From: a virus
Reading direction: 5' to 3' (one strand)
DNA: 64,000 bases
IMG/VR virus record: IMGVR_UViG_3300047388_000211
Location: 4,318 to 68,317 of that record
Below the pieces are notes generated by a model. It had not been told where the DNA came from and made no database searches. It saw only the letters and a list, made by a program, of their open reading frames with translations. Positions 55,486 to 64,000 of the stretch are shown piece by piece. Position numbers and translations under genes: made by a program. The first letter of the stretch is position 1. Every line of letters begins with the position of its first letter.

Positions 55486-58400
55486 CTATCTCCTGATCCT
55501 GCTTCGTCCAGCATGGGTCGTACAGCCGAGCGTCACCTGGCTCGTGCCATTATAGGCCGCTTGCGTTCCGGCTTGATTCTGAATCAACACGTTGAAGAAT
55601 GTCGTGGTTCCACAATTCAGAGCACTGATATTGGCCGTCGCGATATCCGTGGTCAACCCGACCACGATCGTACCGTTCGCCAGCATGTTGGCGACGGTCG
55701 TGATGTTGTTCGTGGTGGACTTGTAGACGGCATACTGAAGCGTGTTTTGCGGGCTGACCGCATCGCTTCCCTTCGTCCAGTTCAGAGCCAGGGAGTTCTG
55801 GGTCACGTTGGTCGTAGGACTGAAGTTTCCCGCGTTGCCGGGTGTCGGTGCGCCGTTGAATTCGTATGCCCCGATATCCAGAGGCGCAGCCACGGGCCGG
55901 ACATCACTCATAGCAGGATCGAGATAAATTGTCGTTGGTGTCAGACTGATGCCGTTTGCAGTTCCCGGGTTGGTTCCGGCGTTGATCTCGCTGGCACCTG
56001 CAACAAGCCGATAGTTCCCCGAATCGGAGGCGACAAAGTCTGCGCTTGTGGCCGTGGTGTTGTTATTGGAGGCAAGCGTGGGAGCCGTGGTGTTATAGAG
56101 TGTTCCACCGTTCGCAAAGATATTGTTCTGACTTACAAATGTAGGTGTGGGACCACCCGCAGTGATGACATCCAGGAAATTGCCGCCGCCATAGTAGTTA
56201 TAGAAAGTGTTGTTGACGACATAGACTCGATTGGTTGGCGAGTAGCCGCCACCGCAGTTGGAACCGTGCTCTTCGGCACTCTGGAACAGGCCGTGATAGG
56301 AACTGTTCACCCCTTGTTCGACGACGTTACCGATAAAATAAATGTCACCTCCGCAGGGGAAATCTACAGGGGATTCCGATGAGCCCTCCGCGCCTGTCTG
56401 AGAGGTTATAAAGTTGGAGTAGACTTCATTCCTTCTAGCGCGTGATTTTAAGTTGTGCCCTCCAATAGCATTGCTGACCTTGTTGTAGCGGAAGATGAGG
56501 TGGTCCTGCTCGCCGATATACACGTTGTGCTCACTTCCATCTGCTGCACCATTATGGATAATGACGTTGTGATCCGCGGTCGTCGTTAAAGTATCCGTGA
56601 GCGAGTTCCCGCCAAGTACCCCCACTTCATTGTCGTGAAGATATAGATTCGTCAGCGTAATGTCGGTCGTGTTCGCATAGCGTACCGCTGCCGTATTCCC
56701 AGAAGCACCATATGCACCGGAGACTTCCAAGTTCTCCAAGGTGACCAACTGCGGCAAAACGCACCCCGGAAATATTCGGAATATTCCCTGATCATTCGAG
56801 ACGGGGTTGGTTCCCGTGCCGCCGTTCGCTACCGTGTTGTTGTAGTTGCCTCCGTCCCAAGGGAAGGATGCTCTCGTGCCTGGAGGTCCGACGCCACGGA
56901 TGGTGAGGCATTTCGCAATGTCATAGGACGTTCCTGGAGTGGTACTGGTGTTGTAGTCCACCTCGATCGTGTCGCCATTGTTAGCGGCGGTATAGGCTGC
57001 TGCCAGCGTCGTATATTGCTTATCGTTCCCAACCTGAAGTGGCCCCGGACTCTGCGTTGTCGCAGTAACGATGTTGGAATACCCAGAAAAATTACCTGCT
57101 GCATCCGTCGCTTTTACTCGCCAAGAATTGGTTGTTCCTATTGCCAAATTATAATCACTGGCGGCTGGTGTCGGCGGCGTTCCACTGACCACTTGATCCA
57201 ACGCGAAGTTCACACATCCCACACCAGCGCAATTCTCAACAGTATAGCCAGTGACAGCGACGTTATCCGTAGAGGCAGCCCAGCTACAGTTGACTTGGCG
57301 GTAGGAAATCACCGTACAGTTTAATGACGCTGGCGTACTTGGCGCTGTTGCATCACTATTCGTCATTGTCGTTGCGGTCGCCGTATTCGAATAGCCAGAT
57401 AGATTAGCCGCTGCATCCGACGCTCGCACACGATAGCCATAGGGCGTATTCGTAGCGAGGCCAGTGTCGGATAGTACGGTTACTGGAGGCGCACCGTTGA
57501 CCGTCGCCACTTGCACCGTAGGGGAACACGCCCCACCGGAACATCGCTCGATTAAATAGGACGTGACTCCAGTTGCATCGGTGGACCCTGTCCAACTCAG
57601 ATTGATCTGCGATTGCGTAATGGAGGTAGCGATTAGACTGGACGGATTGGTCGGAGCCGTTACGTCGTTAGACCCAGACGGTTGCAGTACAATTTTGTCT
57701 AAAATGAGAACTTGTTGACCGCCCAATTCGGAAGCAACATTGACTAATGAATAGGTTCCTGTCGATGTGCCGTCTACCGTATAGCTTGTTGTCCCGGTAG
57801 CTCCTGCCGCTATGGTTGCGGAGGTCATCGGAAACCACGGAGCCGTACTATCGCAATTGAACGATCGGTTTTCGCACTTAAAACTAATCAGTGGATTCAG
57901 TGTGACCGGGATAGTGTCATTGTTGTACCACGTCGCTGTGATGATTTCACCGGGAACAAAAACTCTCGGGTTCGTCGCCGTCTTGACTCCCTGGAAGTTG
58001 TAGCGCTGCGTGTTGGTGTAATACTGGACGGCTCCGCTGACTCCTCCGCGAGTGAACTCGTCGGTATAGTTATCCATGACCGTCGTCGTCCATCCCGTTA
58101 AGGCGTACGTATCGGTGTGGGTCACTGGTCCAATGCCAGCCGTTACCCCGAGAAAATCGACGAGCGTGGTTGTTGCAGGAGCCATCTGGGTCGTATCGGT
58201 GGCCGTGTTCGAATATCCCGATAGATTTCCGGCGATATCATTGGCCCTAACCCGATAACTGTATGATGTTGAACCGTTGAGGGCTTGATCAGAAAATGTA
58301 GTGACGGGAGGCGCACCGTTGATCTGTGCGACCTCGACAAACGTGCTGCATCCACCACCGGAACAGCGCTCCACGCGATAGCGCGTGACGCCGACCGCAT

Positions 58401-60039
58401 CCGATGAGGCGCTAAAGCTCAAATTGATCTGTGACGACGATACCGCCGTTGCCGTCAAACTTGATGGCGCAGTCGGTGGCGTGGTATCCGGGGCTTGAGT
58501 GGTCGCTGTCGCCGTGTTCGAATATCCCGATAGATTTCCAGTGGTATCAAATGTTCGGACCCGATATGAATATGATGTCGATGCAGTCAGACCAGTAACG
58601 CTATACGAATTGGTGGCTGTCGTATTGACCTGTGCGAAATTGGAACAACCGCCGCCAGAGCATTGCTCGACGTTATAACCGCCAACGGCCACGTTGTCCG
58701 TCGATCCAGTCCATGCGAGATTGATCTGTGACGACGAGATCGCGGTAGCCGTCAGGCTCGAAGGATTGGATGGCGGTGTAGTGTCTGGAGATCCATTGCT
58801 CACCCGCAATACAAACTCATCAATGGCCCCGCCGTTATTGACCGCAAAGCACTCGCCACAGGTGGACAGCGCCGCGTTTCCTGGACCGTACATATATGAG
58901 AAGCGTTTAAAGGTACGACCCGACTCTTCTGCCGCTCCTACGGGTGGCCCACCACCAGCAAAGCTTATCGATGTGGATGTGTTCGTGTCCGGGTTGTAAT
59001 CGAGGACAGATGCGCCACCGTTCCAGAACACGATATGATGCGATACGGGATCGTATTCCATCCCTGGAGATCCGCCCAGTACACCACCTGTCGGCTGCGG
59101 GTTCAACACATGGAAGACATTGGCAGTGGCGTTGGAGGTGATGTCCACATATCCCAGCACATTGCAGGTATGCGCGAACAACCAGAACCTTTTGCGGGAT
59201 GCGTCAATAGTGCCAACAGTATAGTTGTATCCGCAGGTGGAATTGCCGACCAGATTACTTGCAGATACCTGGGTCAAGGTGTGGGTGCTTAGGTTGTAGG
59301 TGGCGATCATTCCGTCCACCGTGGCCGTCCACATCAAACCGCTGTTGGGATCGTAAGCGAGTACACCGTCTCCGTTGTTGCTGAAGTTGTTGAGGGTATT
59401 ATTCGGGTCCCAACCCGATCCTTGAGCCACTTCAAAGCATGGTCCCGATGCGCTCACGTTCACGCAAGTGGTGATGGGGTTGAGGTAGGTATAGGCTCCA
59501 GAGGCGTAAGAAAAATACCACCAATCTCCGTTCGTCTGTCCAATGGTGGATTGCGCTCCACCGTTGATAAACATTCCATCACCGGGCGGGTAATAGGCAA
59601 TGATGCTGTAACTATGCCGATCGTTTGGAGTCACACCACCATCACAGCTATACCCGACAACACTAAAATTCGTCGCGCATCCATGCGCAGTTGGGGCAGT
59701 AATTTTCGAACTGGCCGGAGTTCCGGTCAGAGTAAAGGCGAACTGCATGTTGGTGTAATTATCAGTATGTCCCCCTCCCCAGACAATCATCCGGCTTCGC
59801 AGGGAATCCCAGAAGCCGCCGCTGTAGGCGTAAGGACCACCGCTCGCCGCTCCAGCACCGCATACACCACCACAGGCCGTGTCGGACAGGTTTGTCATCT
59901 TTGTCCCCGACCCGCAGTCATTCCAGCCAATCGTGCCGTTGTTGAAGCAACTCGTCTGGGCATGAACCACCGGGCGTAGATGTTTGTAGGTGATCCAAAA
60001 CGTCAGGACAAAGAGCAGAAGATAAAGGAAACGCCTCAT
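55486..60039 (-). CDS. 1517-aa signal-peptide protein: propeller-like domain, FN3 repeats, beta-helix
   Basis: N-terminal TM/signal ending VHA-Q; DTTPP...QINL.W...SYRVR...GNLSGYSN FN3 repeats; HNVYIG/GHNLKSRA beta-helix; DIGAYE. Confidence 0.85.
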   Translation of the reverse strand: MRRFLYLLLFVLTFWITYKHLRPVVHAQTSCFNNGTIGWNDCGSGTKMTNLSDTACGGVCGAGAASGGPYAYSGGFWDSLRSRMIVWGGGHTDNYTNMQFAFTLTGTPASSKITAPTAHGCATNFSVVGYSCDGGVTPNDRHSYSIIAYYPPGDGMFINGGAQSTIGQTNGDWWYFSYASGAYTYLNPITTCVNVSASGPCFEVAQGSGWDPNNTLNNFSNNGDGVLAYDPNSGLMWTATVDGMIATYNLSTHTLTQVSASNLVGNSTCGYNYTVGTIDASRKRFWLFAHTCNVLGYVDITSNATANVFHVLNPQPTGGVLGGSPGMEYDPVSHHIVFWNGGASVLDYNPDTNTSTSISFAGGGPPVGAAEESGRTFKRFSYMYGPGNAALSTCGECFAVNNGGAIDEFVLRVSNGSPDTTPPSNPSSLTATAISSSQINLAWTGSTDNVAVGGYNVEQCSGGGCSNFAQVNTTATNSYSVTGLTASTSYSYRVRTFDTTGNLSGYSNTATATTQAPDTTPPTAPSSLTATAVSSSQINLSFSASSDAVGVTRYRVERCSGGGCSTFVEVAQINGAPPVTTFSDQALNGSTSYSYRVRANDIAGNLSGYSNTATDTTQMAPATTTLVDFLGVTAGIGPVTHTDTYALTGWTTTVMDNYTDEFTRGGVSGAVQYYTNTQRYNFQGVKTATNPRVFVPGEIITATWYNNDTIPVTLNPLISFKCENRSFNCDSTAPWFPMTSATIAAGATGTTSYTVDGTSTGTYSLVNVASELGGQQVLILDKIVLQPSGSNDVTAPTNPSSLIATSITQSQINLSWTGSTDATGVTSYLIERCSGGACSPTVQVATVNGAPPVTVLSDTGLATNTPYGYRVRASDAAANLSGYSNTATATTMTNSDATAPSTPASLNCTVISYRQVNCSWAASTDNVAVTGYTVENCAGVGCVNFALDQVVSGTPPTPAASDYNLAIGTTNSWRVKATDAAGNFSGYSNIVTATTQSPGPLQVGNDKQYTTLAAAYTAANNGDTIEVDYNTSTTPGTSYDIAKCLTIRGVGPPGTRASFPWDGGNYNNTVANGGTGTNPVSNDQGIFRIFPGCVLPQLVTLENLEVSGAYGASGNTAAVRYANTTDITLTNLYLHDNEVGVLGGNSLTDTLTTTADHNVIIHNGAADGSEHNVYIGEQDHLIFRYNKVSNAIGGHNLKSRARRNEVYSNFITSQTGAEGSSESPVDFPCGGDIYFIGNVVEQGVNSSYHGLFQSAEEHGSNCGGGYSPTNRVYVVNNTFYNYYGGGNFLDVITAGGPTPTFVSQNNIFANGGTLYNTTAPTLASNNNTTATSADFVASDSGNYRLVAGASEINAGTNPGTANGISLTPTTIYLDPAMSDVRPVAAPLDIGAYEFNGAPTPGNAGNFSPTTNVTQNSLALNWTKGSDAVSPQNTLQYAVYKSTTNNITTVANMLANGTIVVGLTTDIATANISALNCGTTTFFNVLIQNQAGTQAAYNGTSQVTLGCTTHAGRSRIRR

Positions 60040-62327
60040 CGACCAACTCCCAGAAGCATGAAGCTCTTTGTTGGAGTGACGCTACCACTAACAGAATCAT
60101 CTAGCGGATGAGGATAGGTGTAGGGCGTATAGACCGCATTTGTCCAGGTGTTCGTAGAGGTGCATTTGTCCAGGACGCCATTGTAGTAATTGACGCTATC
60201 GATGACGATTGGCGTTCCCGCATGGATGGAGTTCCAGCTCCCTTGATCCACAGACCAGTAGACGACTCCAGTCGTGCAAGTGGCCGGTCGATGCGCTCGC
60301 GTGCCCCAGCCCGTTCCGGTAGTTCCGGTAAATGGCGTTGAGGAATTGGTGTTCGCTCCGCTGGCTTGAAGGTAGTAATCTCGATCTGCTACTACGCGAC
60401 CCGAGGATTGATTCGAATCGATCGCACCGCCGTAACCGCTATTCCAAATGCCGAAATCATTCGCGAAGATGTAGACGGGATCGACGGCTTGATGCGGCCA
60501 CGAAATCGACGCGCCATTTAGTTTGCTTGGAAACGAGCCAGTCAGTAGATCGCCTTTACCGCGCCCCGGTTGGTCGATGCAGGCATATCCGAGAGCGCCA
60601 CTGGAATTCTGGTCCCAGTTGGAACCATTTCCATTGAATGCGGTTCCACAATATCCCCAACCCGTTGGCGTGGCGGCTTGGGTATAAGTAGTGTTATCTT
60701 TGCGCGTGACATTGACGATGATTCCATTCTTTAAGCCGCTCGTGCCCGAACCCGCATCCCCAAAAGCGCCCCAATGTATAGAGGGTCCACTAGAGGCGTC
60801 ACCGACGTCATAGGCAGGCTGTGACTGTCCCATAGCGGCAAGATATTGATTCTTGTAGTTTTCCGTGGCGCGGCAGCCGCGATCATCGCCCGCGTGTCCC
60901 GTGGCGTGCATTTCTGGACCCGACGTCCAATATAGAGTGTTGAAGCGAATCACCACGCGGCTTGCGGAATAGCAATCACTGACACGACAACTTGTGCCGC
61001 CCGTATTGCAGTTGACGACGTTGTTTTCGAGAAAGAAGAACGAGGAGGTTCCGAAATTGGTATCCGCTGCCCAATTCTCATTGCCCTGGACGCTAGCGCC
61101 GTAACCGTTATGAAAATAAAACGCAATGGCGTCATTCGCATCCAGAATGTTGTGATCCCCAACGCCGTAGACTTGGCCTTCGAAATCAATGGGATTGCCG
61201 TTGCCGTTCGTGTGAGCTGAAGAGTTCGTATACGTTGTCGGATTGAAATGGTTGTGGTCAATTCTGGCGGTTCCCGTTCCATTGAACACCGTCATCCAAC
61301 TTTTATCCGAGCCGGTCCCGCCGACAATTGTGAGGCCCGCCATACGAAACGTGCCGCTGCCGTTCACCGTGATCGTCAGGATGGGCGATCCGCCCGAAGG
61401 CGTGTTGTCTGTAATGGTCGTGACGTCACCACCGCCTGTCGTCGTGAGACTGCCTTGACCGCGAAGATTCCCCCCTGCTGGAGCCGTCCAACTGAGCGCC
61501 GATGTCGCGCTGAGATTCGATGTCACCGTAATGACGTCGTTGGCCGTGGTTGCTGCGGTAAAACAAGCTCCAAGATTAGCCCACGTGTTTGCAGTCCAAT
61601 TCGGGGATGAACCGCTACAGCTAGCAATCGCTGTCGGTGAAAACGACATGCCGACACAAGTCCAATTACCGGACGTATTCTGCGTAAAGTTCACGGCTGT
61701 CGAGGACGCACTTACCTGAAATTCCGTGGCAATGCCGAACGTACCATCATCCGCACCAATCGTCCAAGGCGAATTGGCTGTTGTGATTTGATTATCCGGA
61801 GAGCAGGTTGCAATCAGCAATTCACCAGAACTTGTCGCACTGATGGTCGGTGTAGTAATAGCTGTACTGGGGCCACCCGTTCCACTCGACTCCAGGTCGA
61901 GCACCGTTGTAGATGGCGTAGAATCGGTAAATACATCGCATTGCATAGCACCGAAACCAGTAGCACCCCAACTGCTAAATGCGGCGATAATGGTACCAGA
62001 GGCGTTCGCCGGAGCATTCTTTAAATAAAACTGGTAGTGATTTCCGTTGAATGGGGAAGCGGGAGCCTTGGTATAGCTATTCGCGTTGGAGTCGGCTACA
62101 GAAATCGACGCGGGCGAAGTATTGTCAATACCGTTGGACCAGAAAACATAGCACCGTATTAAATCGGTCGTCGATGGGTTCGACGATGCGGTACAAGTCG
62201 AACCCGTTCCATTAGGCGCAAAGGAGTTTATGGTGCAGCCAAAAGTCGCCGTGGCCCGATGCGTATAGGACGCATAGGACGGATGCGCCCACAGGAGACA
62301 TGCGAGGATAAGGAGTATGCGTTTCAT
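60036..62327 (-). CDS. 763-aa signal-peptide Ser/Thr-rich beta-helix protein
   Basis: MKRILLILACLLWAHPSYA signal; RIDHNHF, VVIRFN; YTPYTYPHPL. Confidence 0.8.
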   Translation of the reverse strand: MKRILLILACLLWAHPSYASYTHRATATFGCTINSFAPNGTGSTCTASSNPSTTDLIRCYVFWSNGIDNTSPASISVADSNANSYTKAPASPFNGNHYQFYLKNAPANASGTIIAAFSSWGATGFGAMQCDVFTDSTPSTTVLDLESSGTGGPSTAITTPTISATSSGELLIATCSPDNQITTANSPWTIGADDGTFGIATEFQVSASSTAVNFTQNTSGNWTCVGMSFSPTAIASCSGSSPNWTANTWANLGACFTAATTANDVITVTSNLSATSALSWTAPAGGNLRGQGSLTTTGGGDVTTITDNTPSGGSPILTITVNGSGTFRMAGLTIVGGTGSDKSWMTVFNGTGTARIDHNHFNPTTYTNSSAHTNGNGNPIDFEGQVYGVGDHNILDANDAIAFYFHNGYGASVQGNENWAADTNFGTSSFFFLENNVVNCNTGGTSCRVSDCYSASRVVIRFNTLYWTSGPEMHATGHAGDDRGCRATENYKNQYLAAMGQSQPAYDVGDASSGPSIHWGAFGDAGSGTSGLKNGIIVNVTRKDNTTYTQAATPTGWGYCGTAFNGNGSNWDQNSSGALGYACIDQPGRGKGDLLTGSFPSKLNGASISWPHQAVDPVYIFANDFGIWNSGYGGAIDSNQSSGRVVADRDYYLQASGANTNSSTPFTGTTGTGWGTRAHRPATCTTGVVYWSVDQGSWNSIHAGTPIVIDSVNYYNGVLDKCTSTNTWTNAVYTPYTYPHPLDDSVSGSVTPTKSFMLLGVGR

Positions 62328-62971
62328 TAGAATGTCGTGGTGGAATAGAAGCCGTTACAGTAAACCTTGGTGCTTGATCCAGTCGTCACATTCGCCGCGA
62401 ATAGGCCATTGCCGATGGTCGGCACCTTGAGTGGCGTGGGGAAGACGAATGTACTTCCCCCGCCACCTGTTGTTGCCACGGCTGCTGCTGGCGCAGGTAG
62501 GTTATAGATGATGGTGCCTCCCGATCCGTCCTGTATGCTGATATCGGTCGATACCGTCAGGCTTGAATTGGAAACTGTGCAGTTGGTGGCATAGTAGTAG
62601 TTCGAAGCTAGCCCTGCGACCACCGACGTGGATGTCGTGCCGGTCATTGCCGATGCCGTACCGCCACTCTTGAGCGTTCCATCCGCCCACGGTCGTACCC
62701 CGCCGAGATAGTTCGTGCCTGCGGGCAGGGCATTGGTGATCGCTGTAACGGCGGTGACAGTGCCGGAATCCACGACCATATGAAGGTTCGACCCCGTCGC
62801 CTGCTTGACCACACAGCCGAGGTCGGTCGCGCAAACGACCGAGTCCGAACTTGCCGCAACCTGTGTTCCTGTCGCCGCAGCCGTTATCCTTCGTACTTCC
62901 ACTGGCTGCTGGCCGACGAGCACCAGGGCCAGCGTTAAAACAATGAACACTGAGATCGTGATTTTAGTCAT
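62327..62971 (-). CDS. Thr/Ser-rich protein with N-terminal TM/signal
   Basis: MTKITISVFIVLTLALVLVG; C-terminal jelly-roll-like domain. Confidence 0.7.
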   Translation of the reverse strand: MTKITISVFIVLTLALVLVGQQPVEVRRITAAATGTQVAASSDSVVCATDLGCVVKQATGSNLHMVVDSGTVTAVTAITNALPAGTNYLGGVRPWADGTLKSGGTASAMTGTTSTSVVAGLASNYYYATNCTVSNSSLTVSTDISIQDGSGGTIIYNLPAPAAAVATTGGGGSTFVFPTPLKVPTIGNGLFAANVTTGSSTKVYCNGFYSTTTF

Positions 62972-62978
62972 AGTCCCC

Positions 62979-64000
62979 TTATGCAGGCAGAACGTAGTAA
63001 CTGATCACCACGTCCATCGATCCGCCCGTCGGGACCGAACACGTGATGCGTAAATCTTCACCGTCGGCACCGCAGCCGAGTATTCCGGAGCCATCGCCTT
63101 CGGTATGATGCAGGCCAGAGCCAATGCCGGGATGGGCATGGACCACTCCCGTGGTGGTTGGCGTGTTCACCAGCCCAAAGCCGATCACAAAGGATACGCC
63201 TGAGGTCGTGATGCCGTTATCCAGAGCTACGGTGGAACGGGTCACCACAATCTTATGGGAAGCGGCGACCGTCACAATGGCGGTATCGGCCTGAGCCGCC
63301 GTAATGTTCAAGCGAATGGTCTGAACGTTCGGATGCCCTGGCTGGACGAATGGAATCCCTTGAGTATTTGTGGGGACGTTCGCGCGCTGGCCGGTCGTGA
63401 CCGTTGGGGGATCGGCACCCATATTGACGGCCTTGCCGCCGATCTTGACCGGGTTTCCGGAATCGCTCGAACCCGCCGCCACATCGCCACCTACGGGCAC
63501 AAACGTGGTGAGGGATACCCCATTGATGGAGGTCAGATCCATCTGGCCCGCGTAGACCGTTCCTGTGGGGTTGACTCCCGTTTGGCCCCGGAGCGTGCCA
63601 GCCACATTCAAGCCGCCATAGTCGGCCTGAGTCGGAACTGCCGAACCGGTATTCGAGGACGCTCCGTTTCCGGTCGATCCACCGGTGACATTCACGTCCA
63701 GGGAAATCTTTGAGGAGTTGTTGGTGGCGGTCACTCCCGTCAGGGTTCCACCAACGCTGGCACCGGTATAACTGGCTTGGGCGGGAACGGCGGAGCCCGT
63801 CGCAGAAGCGGCTCCATTACCCGCAGATCCTGCGGCCACATTCACTTTCAGGAATCCGGAAGCATCCAGATTCCCGGCTGCCATGTTGGTACCTGCGGAA
63901 TCCTTGAAGCCAATCGCAGTGCCTGGGGTCGGGAAGGCCGAACCAAAGTTCGATGACGTTCCACCAAAGGCAATACTGGACGCCACCATATTGACACGTA
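62979..64000 (-). CDS. Gly/Ser/Thr-rich repeat protein (probably begins outside the window)
   Basis: Frame open to the edge; repeated GNGA.S.TGSAVP.QA.Y.G. Confidence 0.7.
   Translation of the reverse strand, partial: RVNMVASSIAFGGTSSNFGSAFPTPGTAIGFKDSAGTNMAAGNLDASGFLKVNVAAGSAGNGAASATGSAVPAQASYTGASVGGTLTGVTATNNSSKISLDVNVTGGSTGNGASSNTGSAVPTQADYGGLNVAGTLRGQTGVNPTGTVYAGQMDLTSINGVSLTTFVPVGGDVAAGSSDSGNPVKIGGKAVNMGADPPTVTTGQRANVPTNTQGIPFVQPGHPNVQTIRLNITAAQADTAIVTVAASHKIVVTRSTVALDNGITTSGVSFVIGFGLVNTPTTTGVVHAHPGIGSGLHHTEGDGSGILGCGADGEDLRITCSVPTGGSMDVVISYYVLPA

Larger units (their letters stand above)
1..64000. mobile_element. Bacteriophage genome segment (podovirus-like gene order)
   Basis: TerL, scaffold, capsid, adaptor/nozzle, tailspike, ejection-type proteins, ERF, HNH and KTSC genes; no tape-measure or sheath gene seen; no host housekeeping flanks. 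Confidence 0.93.

Noticed and set aside
58202-58539. Exact 29-bp repeat (58202-58230, 58511-58539) as a CRISPR or DGR template
   Set aside because: In-frame FN3 domain ends (GNLSGYSNTA); only two exact copies, 309 bp apart; no reverse transcriptase or cas genes

Overview
This window is most of a probable podovirus-like dsDNA bacteriophage genome, with no host genes recognised. There are two divergent arms. The rightward arm (4.6-34.2 kb) carries many small early genes, a phosphoribosyltransferase + SLOG pair, a DGQHR/ParB-like protein, RNase H, an ERF/exonuclease/DUF1064 recombination module and a 13.5-kb glycan-synthesis operon. That operon encodes transaldolase, GmhA, HddA and HddC (GDP-heptose pathway), an epimerase, a truncated nucleotide-sugar dehydrogenase, six glycosyltransferases (two PLOD-type), three SAM methyltransferases and a B12 radical SAM enzyme. 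The leftward late arm begins at 3.6 kb (methyltransferase, KTSC, putative TerS, TerL running off position 1). A second leftward block at 64-34.4 kb holds signal-peptide-bearing Ser/Thr-rich beta-helix/FN3 proteins, scaffold, major capsid, adaptor/nozzle, tailspike, ejection proteins and a rearranged lysis cassette. The best candidate novel system is a phage-encoded heptose glycosylation machinery, with Ser/Thr-rich virion or exported proteins as likely substrates. No portal, integrase, repressor, polymerase, helicase, tRNA or CRISPR was recognised. All calls come from motif reading, not database searches.
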